From positions 41,877 through 105,876 of the forward strand of contig JAXMHQ010000014.1 of assembly GCA_046346665.1 (NCBI GenBank): a stretch of 64,000 bases of DNA, written 5' to 3'. The notes below the pieces were generated by a model that ran no database searches, had not been told where the DNA came from, and saw only the letters and a program-made list of their open reading frames with translations. Position numbers and translations under genes: made by a program. Positions 61,643-64,000 of the stretch are shown piece by piece. Within the stretch, counting starts at the first letter, position 1. Each line of letters opens with the position of its first letter. This DNA is from Verrucomicrobiota bacterium. GTDB taxonomy: Bacteria > Verrucomicrobiota > Verrucomicrobiia > Limisphaerales > JAXMHQ01.

Positions 61643-62442
61643 TGCGCACCCCCATTTCAAAAATGTTCCGCCCGATTTTTGTTGCCTGGCTGGCCACCGG
61701 GTTCGCCGTCTCCGTTTCAGCGGACGAACCCGCCCTTTCCGCCGCGCCCCCCGCGCCCCCCGCGGCACCCGCGGCACCCGCTCCCGCCGCCCCGCGCCCG
61801 GATCGCCCGTTCTCCGAGTCCGACTTGCTCGCCCTGCTCACCGCCACCCTCCAGCAGGATTACGTGCACGACCGCGGCCAGCTCGAACTCCGCTTCACAC
61901 AGCCGTGGAAAACCCGGAATTTCCCCGACACCCCGCTCACCGTCAAAGTGCTCGAAATTCCGTCCCAGGGCGTGACCCCCAGTTTTATCATCCGATTCGA
62001 ATTGCGCACCGACCAGGCCACGCTGGGCTCCTGGCAATTGCCCGTCCAGGCCCGCGTCTGGCGCGAAGTATGGGTCGCCCGCTCGCCCGCACCCCGCGGC
62101 ACGCTGCTGGCCGATGCCGACCTCGCCACCGACAAACGCGACATGCTCCTCGTGCATGAACCTCTCCTCGATTGGTCGCCCGGCGATACCGCCCTCGAAC
62201 TCGCCGAGCCGCTCCAGGCCGGCGCACCTATCCTCGCCCGCGCTGCCCGCCTCCGCCCCGTCATCCACCGCGGCCAGCTCGCCGATGCCATCGTCCAGGA
62301 CGGCGCCCTCAATATCAGCATGAAGGTCGAAGTGCTCGAGGACGGCGCCCCCGGCCAGCTCGTCCGCGCCCGCAATCCCCACACGCGCCACGATCTCCGC
62401 GGCAAAGTGCTCAACGCCCAAACCATCCAGGTGACTCTCTGA
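61642..62442 (+). CDS. flgA: flagellar P-ring chaperone FlgA
   Basis: 266 aa. Signal-like N-terminus. C-terminal VIHRGQLADAIVQDGALNISMKVEVLEDGAPGQLVRARNPHTRHDLRGKV is typical of FlgA (SAF plus beta-clip). 1-nt overlap with flgG (TGATG). Confidence 0.8.
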   Translation: MRTPISKMFRPIFVAWLATGFAVSVSADEPALSAAPPAPPAAPAAPAPAAPRPDRPFSESDLLALLTATLQQDYVHDRGQLELRFTQPWKTRNFPDTPLTVKVLEIPSQGVTPSFIIRFELRTDQATLGSWQLPVQARVWREVWVARSPAPRGTLLADADLATDKRDMLLVHEPLLDWSPGDTALELAEPLQAGAPILARAARLRPVIHRGQLADAIVQDGALNISMKVEVLEDGAPGQLVRARNPHTRHDLRGKVLNAQTIQVTL

Positions 62443-62443
62443 T

Positions 62444-63064
62444 ATGAAAACCCGGCGCCTCCTCGCTTTCCTCTGCCTCGCCGCCGCCGCCCTCGCGCCG
62501 CTCGCCGGCGCCCAATCGCTCTGGCGCGACGACCTCTCCCGGCCCATGTACTCCGACAAAATCGCGTCGGGCATCGGCGACATCGTCACCATCGCCGTCC
62601 AGGAAAGCACCACGACTTCCAAGGACAACAAAACCGCCACAACGAAGCAGTCGAACGTCGACGCCAGCATCGCCAGCTTCCTTTACAGCCCCGGCGCCAG
62701 CGGCCTTCTCACCCAGGGCGGCCAAATGCCCGCGTTGAAATACAATTACAAGAACGATTTCGCCGGCGGCGGCACGATCAATAATTCCGAGAAAATCGTC
62801 AGCTACGTCGCCGCTCGCGTCATCGACGTCCTGCCAAACCGCAGCCTCGTCATCGAAGGCCGGCGCGAAACCGCGTTCGGCGGCGAACAGCAAACCATCA
62901 TCCTCCGCGGTGTCGTGCGCATCGACGACATCAGCTCCGACAACACCGTGTTCAGCTACAACATCGCCGACGCCAGCATCCATATCATCGGCAAAGGCAC
63001 CATCACCGACAGCCAGCGCAAGGGCTGGTTCAACTGGCTCTGGGACAAGGTTTCTCCTTTCTAA
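62444..63064 (+). CDS. flgH: flagellar L-ring protein FlgH
   Basis: 206 aa. Signal peptide. SLWRD...ASGIGDIVTIAVQESTTTSKDNKT...IVSYVAARVIDVLPNRSLVIEGRRE are typical FlgH blocks. Confidence 0.9.
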   Translation: MKTRRLLAFLCLAAAALAPLAGAQSLWRDDLSRPMYSDKIASGIGDIVTIAVQESTTTSKDNKTATTKQSNVDASIASFLYSPGASGLLTQGGQMPALKYNYKNDFAGGGTINNSEKIVSYVAARVIDVLPNRSLVIEGRRETAFGGEQQTIILRGVVRIDDISSDNTVFSYNIADASIHIIGKGTITDSQRKGWFNWLWDKVSPF

Positions 63065-63067
63065 TCC

Positions 63068-64000
63068 ATGTCACGATTCCATCCTCCATTGAACCGCCGC
63101 CGCCTGGCGCCCGCGCTCCTGGCCCTGGTGCTCGCCGTGGCCGCATTCCCGGCCGCCGCCCACGCCGCCGGCGTGCTCATCCGAGACCTGGTCATGTTCT
63201 CCGGCGCCCGCGACAACCAGCTCGTCGGCTACGGCCTCGTCGCCGGCCTCGCCGGCGATGGCGACAAGGACCCCGTCTACACCAAGCAGACCGTCGCCAA
63301 CATGCTGCGCCGTTACGGGATCAATGTCCCGCCCACCACCCTCTCCGCCAAAAACGTCGCCGTCGTCATGGTCACCGCCGATATCCCCGCCTTCAACAAA
63401 TCCGGCAGCCGCATCGACGTCCAGGTCTCCTCCATGGGCGACGCCAAATCGCTCCAGGGCGGCGTCCTGCTCCAGACCCCCCTCTTCGGCGCCGATAACA
63501 AGGTCTACGCCGTCGCCCAGGGCCCCATGTCCATCGGCGGATTCGTCGCCGGCAACGGCGGCGCCGGCGGCGCCACCGTCACCAAAAATCATCCCACCGT
63601 CGCTACCATCATCGGCGGCGCCATCGTCGAACACGAAATCCCCACCACCCTCGTCCACGATAACAACGTCGAACTGGTCCTCCGCGATCCCGGGTTCACC
63701 TCCGCCGCCCGCATGGCCGCCGCCATCAACCAGGTGTTCACCAACTCCGCCCAGGCCGTCGACTCCACCTCCGTCCGCGTCCATATGCCCGACGGCGCCG
63801 AGGCGTCCCCCATCGATTTCATCGCCCGACTCGAAAACATCGAGGTCTCGCCCGAAATGCCCGCCCGCATCATCATCAACGAACGCACCGGCACCATCGT
63901 CGCCACCTCCCGCATCCGCATCGCGAGCTGCGCCGTCTCCCAGGGCGACATCACCATCAGCGTCGCCTCCGTCGTCGATGTCTCCCAGCCCGCCCCCTTC
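63068..64000 (+). CDS. flgI: flagellar P-ring protein FlgI (3' end beyond the window)
   Basis: ATG at 63068, open to the window end (311 codons), so absent from the ORF track. IRDLVMFSGARDNQLVGYGLVAGLAGDGDK...NVAVVMVTADIPAF...GSRIDVQVSSMGDAKSLQGGVLLQTPL is the FlgI signature. Confidence 0.9.
   Translation, partial: MSRFHPPLNRRRLAPALLALVLAVAAFPAAAHAAGVLIRDLVMFSGARDNQLVGYGLVAGLAGDGDKDPVYTKQTVANMLRRYGINVPPTTLSAKNVAVVMVTADIPAFNKSGSRIDVQVSSMGDAKSLQGGVLLQTPLFGADNKVYAVAQGPMSIGGFVAGNGGAGGATVTKNHPTVATIIGGAIVEHEIPTTLVHDNNVELVLRDPGFTSAARMAAAINQVFTNSAQAVDSTSVRVHMPDGAEASPIDFIARLENIEVSPEMPARIIINERTGTIVATSRIRIASCAVSQGDITISVASVVDVSQPAPF

Overview
High-GC bacterial chromosomal segment. The intergenic repeats and gene content suggest a PVC/Verrucomicrobiota-like organism, but that is a guess from memory that I cannot test here.

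**Layout**
- 0.1-29 kb: mixed housekeeping genes (hemB, panD, cinA, a ferredoxin, tRNA-Lys, tRNA-Ser), a CE15-like esterase, a large multidomain GH5 glycosidase and two MFS transporters. It also holds one intact IS481-family insertion sequence, an NhaR-like LysR regulator and a dense set of PAS/histidine-kinase/receiver proteins.
- 29.06-37.08 kb: a complete kdpFABC-kdpDE locus preceded by an extra micro-ORF.
- 37.27-64.0 kb: a flagellar regulon in four parts:
  - 24 contiguous genes from flgB to flhB, in the Bacillus/spirochaete fla-operon order.
  - A terminator and repeat-rich spacer, then flhA-flhF.
  - A sigma-54-type promoter driving microprotein-fliA-motA-motB-unknown.
  - A second sigma-54-type promoter driving flgF-flgG-flgA-flgH-flgI, which runs off the window.

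**What I did not find:** no CRISPR array, no recognisable defence island, no toxin-antitoxin pair, no prophage.

**Observations worth a second look**
1. The window is a patchwork of two synonymous-codon dialects (G/T-ending versus C/A-ending), with switch points inside intact genes. This includes a ~14 kb block whose strand composition is opposite to both flanks.
2. The flagellar locus has several non-canonical components:
   - tandem FliJ paralogs;
   - an extra FlgD C-terminal-like mini-gene;
   - a 77-aa two-TM protein in the usual flhG slot;
   - an unknown ORF translationally coupled to motB;
   - a 72-nt palindrome at the fliO-fliP junction.
3. Sigma-54-type promoters sit in the flagellar locus, and the flgB and flgF copies share an extended motif.
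4. Two tandem KdpF-sized micro-ORFs lie ahead of kdpA.
5. The IS481 element is nested in a REP-like palindrome.

**Limits:** all family calls come from reading motifs by eye. No searches or computations were run.
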